Source: Piromyces finnis finn (Eukaryota > Fungi > Neocallimastigomycota). Taken from it: a DNA stretch of 64,000 nucleotides. Both the position numbers and the translations under genes were made by a program. Positions 50,537 through 63,000 of this stretch are shown one piece after another; positions within the stretch are counted from its first letter, which is position 1, and every line of letters starts with the position of its first letter. The DNA is taken from positions 372,001-436,000 of the forward strand of contig MCFH01000022.1 of the NCBI GenBank assembly GCA_002104945.1. Reading direction: 5' to 3'. Under the pieces are notes generated by a model. It was given only the letters and a program-made list of their open reading frames with translations. It was not told where the DNA came from and ran no database searches.

Positions 50537-52302
50537 ATGATTGAGTTATATTTATTAATTTTTGGAATTACATTTGGTCTAGTTAAAAGTGGATTGATTA
50601 GGCCTGATTTGGAATGTTTTTCTGTTCCTAATTATAAAGCTGTAAAGGATGCGATGCTATTATGCAAGATGAATCTGGTAAATGGGGAATTGAAAATAAC
50701 CAGTGGTGTGGTATTAAATATTCATGTTTAAATAGTGGCAGTAATGTAGTTAAACGTGATTATTGGCAGAATGGAAATGACTTTATGAATAATAATAATG
50801 GCTGGAATAGTAACAATAACAACAATAATAATAATTGGAACAACAATAGTTTGAATAACAATAACAATAATAATGACTGGAATAATAACAATAATAACAA
50901 CAATAATAATAATTGGAACAACAATAGTTTGAATAACAATAACAATAATAATGACTGGAATAATAACAATAATAACAACAATAATAATGACTGGAATAAT
51001 AACAATAATAACAACAATAATAATGCCTGGAATAACAACAATAACAACAACAATAATAATTGGAACAATAATAGCTGGAATACCAACAATAACAACAATA
51101 ATAATTGGAACAACAATAATAACAATAATGACTGGAATAATAACAACAACAACAACAATAATAATAATAATGACTGGAATAACAACAACAACAACAACAA
51201 CAACAATAATAATAATAATGACTGGAATAATAACAACAACAACAACAATAATAATAATAATAATAATGACTGGAATAATAACAACAACAACAACAATAAT
51301 AATAATAATAATGACTGGAATAACAACAACAACAACAACAACAACAACAATAATAATAATAATAATGACTGGAATAATAACAACAACAACAATAATAACA
51401 ATAATAATAATAATGACTGGAATAATAACAACAACAACAATAATAACAATAATAATTTCAATATACCACAAGATATCCAGTTCAATTATGATTCTTCCAT
51501 GAGTTTTAAGGAAGCCCCAGGAAATTACTTACAACCATGTCCAAAAGCTGGTAAGATTGTTAAAGAAAGTTACAATGGTATCAATGGTGCTAACACTTTA
51601 AATGTTTATTTACCATTTGGATATGAAGAAAGCAAACAATATAATATTTTCTATCTTATGCATGGTGGCGGTGAAAATGAAAATACTATTTTTGGAAATG
51701 ATGTGGGTCTTGGTAATATTATTGATAATATGATTATGAATGGTGAACTTCAACCTCTTATTATTGTTACACCAACCTTTAATAAATGTGAAGCACGCAC
51801 TTTCTATAAGGAGTTTCGTGAATCTGTTATTCCATTTGTAGAAGGAAAATATTCTACTTATGCAAAATCTACACAACCAGATGACATTAAAGCGTCTAGA
51901 ATGCATAGAGCTTTTGGTGGTTTTTCAATGGGTTCTGCTTCGACATGGGCTGTATTAATTAATTGTTTAGACATTTGCGCATACTACATGCCACTTAGTG
52001 GTGATAATTGGGAAGCTAATGGAGGGTTTGATAAAGCAAAATCAGTTGCTGATGCTATTAGCAAAGCTGGTTTAAAAAGTAATGAATTCTTTATCTTTTG
52101 CGCAACCGGTTCTGATGATATAGCTTATCCAAATATGAACCCACAAATGGATGAAATGAAGAAAATGCAACCTTTCATTTATAGTTCTGATTTTTCCAAA
52201 GGAAACTTTTACTATCTTGTTGCACCAGGAAAGACTCATTGGTGGGGCTTTGTTAAGCACTACATCTATGATGCTCTTCCAATTTTCTTTCGCCAAGGCT
52301 AA
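50537..52302 (+). CDS. Carbohydrate esterase family 1 (feruloyl esterase, XynY/Xyn10B-FAE-like): signal peptide, one fungal dockerin (frameshifted in this sequence), Asn/Trp linker, catalytic domain; intronless
   Basis: Signal-like MIELYLLIFGITFGLVKS. Dockerin CFSVPNYK[C]CKGCDAIMQDESGKWGIENNQWCGI once a frame change at 50638/50639 is allowed. The catalytic domain has YNIFYLMHGGGENENTIF, the nucleophile GFSMG, TGSDDIAY (Asp) and KTHWWG (His). Confidence 0.92.
50785..51460 (+). repeat. Coding low-complexity repeat (AAC/AAT)n-GAC-TGG encoding (N)n-D-W units
   Basis: Repeated gactggaataataacaac units. It includes a 78-bp tandem duplication (TGG at 50836 and 50914, both followed by aacaacaatagtttg). 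It is the source of several spurious poly-I/L/T ORFs. Confidence 0.95.
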
Positions 52303-52926
52303 ATAATAAAAATTATAAAAATATAAATGGTTGTAAAAATGAACTATTATTGCACTGAATGTAAATATGTAAATAATGTAAAAGCATTTAAATTAAAATA
52401 TTTAATTAGTAATGCATTTAATATTAATTTAAATGCTATTTACAATTTAATTAAATTGTTACATAAGATAGTATTCTACAAAGTATTATTATATTATTTT
52501 TATAATTCTAAAAAATTTCTTTTAAGATAATTATCATTATAATTTATTTAATATTAATTTAGTTTAAATGGGAATATTAAAATTATTATTTATTTCCCAT
52601 TATAAATTTTTTACATAATTATAAAAACAGTATGATTATAACAAAAAAAAAAAAACCTTATAGCTTTTCTATAATTTATTGATACTAAAAACATTAATGA
52701 ATAAATTTTTTCTATTACTATTCTATTATTCTATATAAGATTTTATATTTAAAGGAATTGTTATAATAAATAAAAAAATTATTTTTTTTTATTTTTTTTT
52801 CTAAAAAAAAAACTATTTATTGACTTTTTATTTCACTAATTTGGAAATTTACATTTAAATTCTTTTTATCAAGTTGTTTTTTTAATATTTCTTCATTATA
52901 AAGCTTTTCTTGGTGTTTAAGTATAT

Positions 52927-55900
52927 TTATCTTTCTTTCATAATTTTTTTCTGCATTTTTAAGCTGTCTTTTAGTATAGACATCAACTTCGATGGATGAA
53001 AAATCGCTATTTTTATCAGAACATGTGCTAATAAATGAGCTATTAATAAGAAGTTCTGAAAAAGGTTTCTTGATTTTTTCATTTATTTCGTTTTCTTTAC
53101 TTGGGTAGATATTGTTAAATAAACCATTATTATTAGAATTCTTATAAACATTAGGAAGCTGGTTTATAGTTGATTGATCTATGTCATCTTCATTATTTGA
53201 TATAACAACAAATTTATCAGATTTTAATGTTAAATTGATAGTATTATTATTATTTATTGGTGGGCAATTTTCATTATTTCTATCAGATAATATAGGTAAA
53301 TAAATATCTTTATTGTTATTATCATTTGTGTTTATGTTTACAATCGTTGATTCTTGATTTTTAAATTTTGAATTATCGATAGATTTTATTAATGATGTCT
53401 TTTCATATTTTCTATTTTTATTTCTTCTTTTCTTTAATCGTTCTTTTTATTTTGATAAATTAATATAAAGAAAATCATTTATGAAAAAATATATATATAT
53501 ATTATATTAATATTGTATTAATAAATACTTACGTTCTTTTCTTTGTTGTAATTGATATACTAAGCTTTGAATAGAATCGAGATTTGATGTCATTGTATTC
53601 ATTGAACATGAAGAACTAGAATATAGATTATCATTATTTAAAACATTCACTTTTTCACTTATTAGATTATCCAATCTCTTTTGTCTTTCTAATTTACTTT
53701 TTTCATTTTTTATTCTTTGTTCTGTACGCATTATTCTATCATTCTGTATATTTTGCCTTATTTTATTCATAATGCTGTTTTTCTCCTTTTTCCTTTTTAA
53801 TATTAGTTCACGTTGTCTTTGCTCTTCTTCCTTCGCTGCTTCTTTTGCTAAAACTAAACGTTGTTTTAATTCCACAATAGACATTTCATTTAAAAATCCA
53901 TAATTTTGAGTTTCTGTTAAATCAACTTCTGGCTTATTATTCATAACATACTTTTCAAGTAGCCTTTTAAAAATAAAAATTAATATATATAATATCTAAG
54001 TATTATCATTAATTTTAGTATCGTCATTTTTTACATCTTTATTTACCTAATTTGTTTAATAAGTTCTGCCTTTTTTTCTAACTCTTCTTCTTGCTGCTTT
54101 TGAATTTGAATTTTTATTTCTTTAGATTCATCTTTTATTTCATCAGCTAATTGTTTTTATTTATTTTAAAATATGAGTAATTTTTCTTTAATTTTCATTT
54201 TTTATAATAAAAATAAAATATATACCTTTTTTTTTCTTTGTTTCAGCTACTTTTTTTTTTGCTTCGTTAGCTTGATATTCTATGTCATGAACCTGCTTAA
54301 TAAACTCTTTATTGATTTGATCTTGTAATTTCTTATTTTTTTCGATAAACTTTTGATTTTCTTCTTTTTCTTCTTTAATATGTTGGACTATTTCTCTTTT
54401 TTTAGGTTATATAAAATTTTTGTTTTGATATATACATATATTTGTTAATTGTTAATATATTAAAAGAATTAACTTTTTTTTAATTATATTTTATATATTT
54501 ATAATATTAATTTTATATACTGTTTTTCTTTCATTAAATCTTCTTTAGCATCAATAGCATCTTCATGTAATATTTGAATTTCATATCTCTTTTTTAACTC
54601 ATTTAACTTTCTTTCTTCTAACTCTGTATAATATAATGAAAATAAATAGATGCTTATATTTTAAATATCTACTTATAAAATTTAATTTTTAAAATTACCT
54701 TTTTCCTGTAGTTTATTTCTCCATTCTTCAAAATCATTTTTATTAAGAATAATTTCTATATTATTTAAATCAGATTCTTTTTCCTTTTTACGTTTTTGAA
54801 GTAATTTTTCTTCTCTTAATACAGTTGCAATATTAAGTTTAACATTGTTTGGCTTAAATTTTGGAAGTTTTGTTAATTTAAATTTTGGTGATGGTGGTGT
54901 GACACATTCAATTGACTATTATAAATGTTGTTAATTTTTAGAAATATTGCTTTTATTAATTTTTATTTCATAAAATTAAAAACTTTAATATAAGAAATTA
55001 TATTTACAGTTTTATCAGGTTTATTAAAAGTTTTCTTTACAATTTCAAATTGGTTTTTTTTTTCTTTTTCATGTCTTTTCTGGAATTTTTAAAATAGTAA
55101 TAAGGAAAATTTTATTAATTGCATCAATATTTTTAAAATTTATTTATATTTTTATTTATACCAATATTTTCATTTTATTCTCTTCTTTTTTTTTTTGTAA
55201 TATTTCTCTGTCATTACTTCCTTGCAAAATTTTCTTTGTCAATACAGTTGGCTGATATTTTTATTTTAAATATTAATTAATAATTAAAAATGAATATGAT
55301 AATTATTATTTTATTTGAATTTATTATATATATTTTAAAAATTATACTTCAATTTTTCTATAAATAATTTCCGTTGGTTCAGGAATTGATCGTGGTTTTG
55401 GTTTTGTTAAGTAAAATGGTTTTATTTCTAGTTTTTCAATAATTAAAAGTGAAATCGTATATATAAACGATGATATATTACTTTTAAACATACACTTTTA
55501 AGTTGGGTTTAATTTATTATAAATTATATTATATTTTTCTTTTTTATATATTTACTTGTAACTTTTGATGTTTTTTTCACTGTCATTCCCAAATTGATTT
55601 TTTTTTCTAAATATGACATAATTTTTTTATTTTGATGGAGAACTGATCTTAATGGCTCTAGTATTACTTTCTTTTAGTTAATTATATAATTATAATAATT
55701 AATATTTTCTTCATTAAATATTTTAATAAGAAAATATTGGTAATTGTTTTTTTCCATACTTCAATATATGCTTCATCTAATAAGTCTTTCCATATTTTTT
55801 TTAAACATCCACATGGCGATAAATTTTCTTCATTAAATATAAATTCCAATAATTTATAAATTTTTCTAGTTGGTTGTGTATCCACAAATGCCTTAAAATT

Positions 55901-56625
55901 TTTATATCCCAATTCTTTCAATCTAAAAAGAATTAAATATGTCAATACTTAATGTAATGATATAATTAAAATATATTTATAATAAGAGGATTAATATTAA
56001 TTATTTAATTTATTTAATACTTTTTTTTTTAAATGGAAATTTCTATTGATATTTACCCACAAACATTGTATAATCTTCTTCTTTCAAATTACTATTTAAG
56101 ACTTCAAATAAATATTTTAACAATAACTATTTTTCCATAAATATAAATTTATTATTATATGATAATTAATAAATATTGAATATTCCTTTGTAATTTATTT
56201 ATAAAGTATTTTTGTATTTTAAATTATAAAATTTTTATATTATTACTTTGATTATTTTGTGATATCTGATACATCCAAATACTACTTCTTTTATAAAGCA
56301 TTGTTGATTTTCATCTATAATCTTTAGAAATAATAAAATTAATGTTTTTTTAATATTTTAATATTGATTCTATTATTTATTAATATTATCGCATTTCATT
56401 CATTTTTTCCCGAAAATATAGATTAAAAGTTTAAGATAATGATTTTTCATATATATTTTAACATACTTTTTTATTTAATATATATTTTTCATATAATTCT
56501 TCTTCTGAGTAAAAATTTATGTTATTATTAATTAGAACATCATAATATTTTGTGGTGAAATAATGGTGTGAATCAAGAATATTCACACAATGTTGAAGTA
56601 ATTCTTTGAAATTGATGTCATTCAT
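52927..56625 (-). CDS. CFAP99: Cilia- and flagella-associated protein 99-like; multi-exon
   Basis: Starts MNDINFKELLQHCVNILDS. Then YLILFRLKELGYKNFKAFVDTQPTRKIYKLLEFIFNEENL, PFYLTKPKPRSIPEP, VKLNIATVLREEKLLQK...DFEEWRNK and YGFLNEMSIVELKQRLVLAKE, all matching motifs I recognise from CFAP99 orthologs. The C-terminus is coiled-coil. Confidence 0.8.
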
Positions 56626-56960
56626 TTTTTTACATTTTTTATATTATTGATATTTTTAAATAGAATTATATTATATTTAAATAGTTTCTAATTGAAAATT
56701 CTAAAATCATAATTAATGAAGTATAACATTATTTCCATTTATATAATATTTAAGTAATAATTATTAGAAAGACGTTAATATTTTTTTTTTGTTTTTTTTT
56801 TTTTTAAAAAAAGTTTATTTATAATAAAATGAATGATAATTTCTCCATTTTTCTTCGAAAATAAAAGTTAGTATAATAAAATATTATAATTAATGTTATT
56901 TTTTTTATTTTATTATCATATTTTGAACACTGAGTTTAAAAATTATGTTAAAGTAATTGA

Positions 56961-56965
56961 CCAAT
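56961..56965 (+). promoter_or_regulatory. CCAAT box in the CFAP99/DNAAF3 divergent promoter
   Basis: TTGACCAATAAAA, 145 bp upstream of the DNAAF3 ATG and about 335 bp from the CFAP99 ATG. Confidence 0.4.
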
Positions 56966-57105
56966 AAAATTTAAAATAAAATTATAAAAATTTAAATTTA
57001 TACTATATTCTTTAAAATTTTATATTAGATTAATTTTTTTATAATTTATTATTATCAAGCGTAGCATAAACGTTTCATTAAACAATAAATTAATATTTAA
57101 GTATT

Positions 57106-59667
57106 ATGGAAGGAACAGGAAAAATAAATATTTGGGGGTTTTCTCCTGCAGTTGATCTTCAAGATACAGGTATATATTAATTATTAATTAAAAAATAAAT
57201 AATACATAAAAACAATATCTAATATTTTCAAATATCAAGCTTCTTCTGAGTGTGAAAAAAATTTAAATGATATTCAAATTAATGTTGATAAAGATAATAA
57301 AGGTATATTCTTAATGAATATATTGAAAAATATTTGGATAATAAACTATTAATAATATTAATTAACTAATTATTTATTTATATATATAGATGATCTTAAC
57401 ATGTTATTAGTTGCCCCGGCTGATCCACGTCATATTATAAAAACTATGGCTAGAGCTTGGAGATATAATAATAAATTTTTAAATGTAAATTAAAAAATTA
57501 TATGATACTTTGTGTAAAAGTTTTTTTTTGTTTATCATATACACAATAAATATATAGTAAAATTCTATTATCAAATTTTAAATTTTATTTAAAAAGTTCT
57601 ACTTAATGGAAACTCAAACGTCAGTTCTTGCCCGTGATATCATTCTTTTATCCATTATTCTAGATTGGAGTGAAAATATTGGTATCCAAGGTAATATAAT
57701 TAATTATAAAGTATTTTTTTCATTATTTAATTATAAATAACTAATATTAATCTATTATAATTACTAAATTTTATTTTGAAATAATTAATTAGAACGTGTT
57801 GAATTGTTCTTAGAAATTTATGGTAATATTTGTGTTAGAGAAAAAACAGAAAAGTTTATTAAAGAAAGAGCATATGATTTAATTAGGTAATTTAAAGTCA
57901 ATATATGCTTTTAATTTTATGATGCCAATTATATTATGAGATATTAATAAATAGAATATAATTTTATTAATAAAAAATTAAGAACTATTACAGATTCAGA
58001 TGAAACAAAATCAAAACTATCTAAAATTATTGATGTATCAAATTTAAAATTTCGTGAAAGGGATGATTTAGAATTTGTATTCAAATTTTGGAGATCCCCC
58101 AAAAAAAACTATGAAATTCAAAAGTATTGGGATTATAGATTAAGAGCATTCTATAAAAGGAGATTTGATTATATTGAAAATGTTTGTGATTGGGATTATC
58201 AAATGAAATTAAATCCAAGAGTAGAATATTAGCTTCTTTTCTTTAATATAATTTTTAAACTTAAAAATAATAATTTAACATATATATTAAAAGATTATTA
58301 ATTGAAATAATATTTTCAAAATTATTTAAAATTTATAATATAGGCTGATATGATCAATTTAAAGGAATTCACAAAGTGGAGAAGAACTGGACAAGCATTT
58401 GAAGTACGTGAAACTTTATATGATAGACCTAATAAAGTTACAGCAACAGTTGAAGGAATGAAAGAAGTAATTAATATATATGTATATATATATAATTCAA
58501 GAATGTTATATTAAAAGAATAAATATATTAATCTAATAATTATAATAATAACGACAATAATAATAATTTTAAGGATGGTTTAACTGTATCTAAATGGGGT
58601 TACTTTAGTGATATTATTGTTGGACCCTTTATTGCTTTTGGTTGCGATTCAGAAAATAAAGAATATCTTAAGACTCAAAATGATTTTCATATCAAAGTAT
58701 ATTTATATTTTATAAAAAATGAATTTATGTTTTACAATACTATATTTATACACTTATATATCTTATATAATTCTAATATTTAGACTTCACAAGATGTATC
58801 AGAATATAATCTCAGATCTTTTATTTATGAATTAAACGAAAAAAAATTATATTTTGAAGATAAAAAAATAGTAGAGATTAATGATGAAGGCGAAAAGACA
58901 GAATCAAATAATTTCAAAGAAAAGGGGAAAAATAAAGATGAAGATAATACTGCTAATTCTCAAAAAGCTGAACAAGATAACAAAATTAATGAAGATAATA
59001 AAGATACAGAAGCAACAACAAGTGTTATTACAGAAAATAAAGATGAATCAATACCAAATGGTATTACTTATTTATATATAAATATTCTATTTTTATATAA
59101 TTTGAATATTTAATTAATATCATAATATTCCTTTTTTCTTTTATTAAAAAAAAAAATCTAATATTTAATATCAAGATACTGATAAAAATAGAAAATTATA
59201 TCCAGATGTTTTAGATCACTCAAAATTATATTTATTGCCATGTGAACCAAGTTATACATTTGCTAGAAAGCTTTCCAAATTTAAGCAAAAGTTTGATAAA
59301 ATATATATTTCAAATTCTATGGTTCATCGACTTAAAGAATATTCAACTTTATTAAAACCTGATGGTGAAATGATTGTTGAAATGGCTAAGTATGTATTAA
59401 AGTTTAAAATTAAATCATCAAAGATTTTATTTATATATTTATTTCATTTTTTGTTTTACAAAAATTTAAAGATTTATGATTGAATTAAAAGATGAACTTT
59501 TACCAGAGTATGATAAAAAAGTTATGGGAATGGCAAATGAAGCTGGATTAGTTATTAAAAAAGGAATAAAAATTCCAGAAATTAAAAAGGGTAAAAATAC
59601 CGTCAAAAAATCAGAAGAAGTTTATAAAAGATCACATTTAGTTTTTGTATTCAAATCCAATAATTAA
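57106..59667 (+). CDS. DNAAF3: Dynein axonemal assembly factor 3 (PF22); multi-exon
   Basis: MEGTGKINIWGFSPAVDLQ, MLLVAPADPRHIIKTMARAW, LMETQTSVLARDIILLSII...IGIQERVELFLEIYGN, WDYRLRAFYKRRFDYIENVCDWDYQMKL, EFTKWRRTGQAFEVRE...YDRPN and WGYFSDIIVGPFIAFG are the DNAAF3 signature series. Confidence 0.95.
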
Positions 59668-60003
59668 TTCATATCTTCTTTATACATTACACTATTTCTT
59701 ACTTATTATGAGCATTTAAACTTTACATTATATAATATGTTAGCTTTTATAAATTATTTTAATCACACTAAATTAAAATTATCAGAAAAATAAAAAATTT
59801 ATTCAAATAATAATTATAATATATATATAAATGGTTTTATTTTACTTTAAAATTTTAATTATATAAAGTTAAATTCATCTTAAATGGATTTTTATTAATA
59901 ATTATATAATTGGTATCATTAATTTTTTTTAACTAATTAATATATATAAAAATTATTAAATAATTTAGATAGATGTTTTTATTAATCTTTAATAAATTTA
60001 ATA

Positions 60004-63000
60004 CTAATCAATATCCATATTACTAATTGTATCACTAAATAGATTTTGATTATTTTTATTTGTTTGTTTTTCAATAATGTCTTGTTTTTCATTATTAATA
60101 GTTGAAGCCACGCTAATACTATCAATATTGTTATTACTATTATCCTTTCCAAAAAGTAGATTTTCACTTGCATTATTTAAATCCCTATCATTTTTATCAA
60201 CAGAATTATCAAACAAATTATCACCTAATTCATTATTTTTATTAGTTCTTCTACTACTAATAAATAAATCTTGATTATCATTACTGTAAATTGTATTACT
60301 TTTTTCAGTATTACATAAGGGCTGATTAGGATTTTCATTATTAATAATATTGTTGTCATTAATATTAGTTGAACACAATGGGGAATTAATATTATCTATT
60401 TCACCAGTTAGTACTATATCATTATGATAAAACCCTTCGATATTTTCTTTATTCGAATTATTATTAATATTAAATTCGATAATTGATTTTGTTTTATCAT
60501 TAACGTTATTTAATTCAGATTTAGTATCTTTATAAATATCAGTATTTATCATACTTTCTGGATTTTCTAAATCTAATGAAAAAAGTTCTTTTTTTAAAGA
60601 TTGTTGCTTTTTTCGCATTTTTTTAATCTATTTTAAGAATAAAATAATTAATTTAAAAAAAAAAAAAAGTTTAAATTAATTATTAAAAGATTAGAATATA
60701 TATATGCAAATTATTTTATTTAATATAATATTTACCCATAAACTTGTTTGTAATGTTAGCAATTTTTTATATTTATCTAATCGAATCTTACGATTATTAA
60801 TTTGATCATTAAAATATGTATCAATACTATCAATACTATTAACCTTTAACAATCGTCTATCTGGAATTGGAAATGTTAAAGTGGCAATATATTCGTCCAC
60901 ACCTTCACTTTTCAATGACATCTAATTATTTATATTAAATTGATAGTTAGATAAATACAAATATACAAAGATATTCATAAAAAATATTATGTTCATATGC
61001 TTAACATTTTTGACTACTTACTCTTAACTCATGAGCATGCTTTTGTAGTGGTTCAATGACTGTTTCTGCTTTTAGGGTATCTTCTGGTTTGAGAGCTGAC
61101 ATTTCCCACAGTGAAGGCTTTTGTTGTGTCACTTTATAATTTTATAAATTAAAAAAATTATACATATCTCTTATTAGCATAAGAATATTTTTAAAATAAT
61201 AACTTATAAATACAATAATTTTTGATATTATTATTATTTTTTTCTTTTTTTGCTTTTTTTTTTTTTGCTTACAATTTAATATGCTTTTGGCTCTTGAAAA
61301 ATTATATTTATGAGCATCCTCTACGGATAAAACGGAAGAAGTATTCATAATTTTTAACCTAATTTTTTGTGTTTCATCTTGATATAATGATTTCGATAAT
61401 ACTTTAGCTAATCTTAAATGATCTTCCTCAATGTCATCATAAAGAGTTCGTTGTCTAAAGGACTTACTATTATTTGTTGTTAAATTTAATGAAATACTAT
61501 TTGAATTAAAATCTTCAGACGCTTCATCCTCTATTTTTAGAACAATAATATCATTATTATCTTCTTCATTATAAAATTTTCTTTTATTTATAGATTGCTT
61601 TATTTCTTCATTTGTTTGCTTTGTTTCAAATAAATCATTATCACTACCATATTCACTTATATTCTTATCTGTTTTTTCTTTCTTCTGAGAAGAATCCGAC
61701 TCTAAATTCGAATTTGAATTATTTCTTTTTTCTTCTTCTTCATCCAAAAACCTTATTTTATATTGATTTAATAAGAAAGATATTTTATTAAATGGTAATT
61801 CATTCTTTTTGGAGCAATCACGTATATGTATTAGTTTTTCTTTTAAATCAGCCATTGAATATTCTAACCATTTCTTAGAACAACAAGGACATCTAGTCAA
61901 TTTTTGAATATACTTTGGTTTATAATCTTTATTTTCTAAATTTTCAATAACATCGATTTTTTGATTAATACATACTTCAACATGTTGATCTATTAATTTG
62001 ATATCATCAGTATCAAAAAAATTGCTACAAAAACAGCATCTTTTATCAACATTTTTTTCCATATCAACATCATAATTATCTATTGAAATATTTTCTTTGA
62101 TATCTTCATTATCTTTATTATTATTCTCATTTTCTATTTGATTTTCTTTAAATTCATTTTTTATACTATCTAAGTTAAAAATACTAGTATTATTATTTTC
62201 GCCATTATTATTACTACTATTATTATTATTGTTGTTGTTGTTGTTACTATTTTTATTTATTGATGTTACTTCAGACTGCATACTGTTCACTTTCTTTTTT
62301 TTAAGATATATACTGCCTTTAAAAAAGTTACGATATTTCGAATTTTTGTCAAGAAATAATTTTTCTTTTTCCTCCTTTAGTTTTAAATAATGCTTTATTA
62401 ATTCATCAATTTTTTCTAAGTAAGTTCTTTTAATTGATATACATTCTTTAAGATGTATTGCTTTTTCCTCATAAATTGGCCATGGTTTCAAACAACAAAA
62501 GCATACATTTTGATTTAAAATAAAATTTATTTTTTCTTTAAAAAAAAAATGATCTGGTTCAATTTTTGAAAAACAATGTATAATATGTAAACATAAATCA
62601 ATTATATTTGAAAAACTATTATCTTCCTCACAAATTTTACATTCAAATTGATTCTTATCACTTGGTAATCTTGATATATTTGTTGATTCTATATCATTAA
62701 GGGTATTGGTAATAAATTCATTTTGAATGGTGTCAGTGTTAATATATTCATTAAGTTCTCTTTCCTTGTCTAATCTTTCATTACTATTATTATTTTTAAT
62801 ATTCTTGTAAAATGATGAAATCTTCTTATCTTCTTTTTTTACACCAAAATTGGTTTTGCCATCTTTCCTAAGAGATGAATCAATACATAAATTTACATGT
62901 TTTTCACGTTCGGACAAAGTATAAAAATCTAAACAAATATTGCATATTGGACATTTTTGTGATTCATATGTATATGTATTATCAGAAATCAAATCTTCAT

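Noticed and set aside
50728-51502. Long overlapping ORFs 50728-51471, 50760-51485 and 50951-51502; also considered the repeat as a CRISPR-like array
   Set aside because: Alternate-frame readings of the Asn-codon repeat. The spacers are homopolymeric codon runs, not unique sequences, and there are no cas genes in this eukaryotic context.
57061-57083. GTAGCATAAAC / GTTTCATTAAAC as RFX X-boxes in the flagellar gene promoter
   Set aside because: They lack the length and the GYAAC/GGNAAC half-site of the X-box consensus; kept only as an unassigned candidate element.
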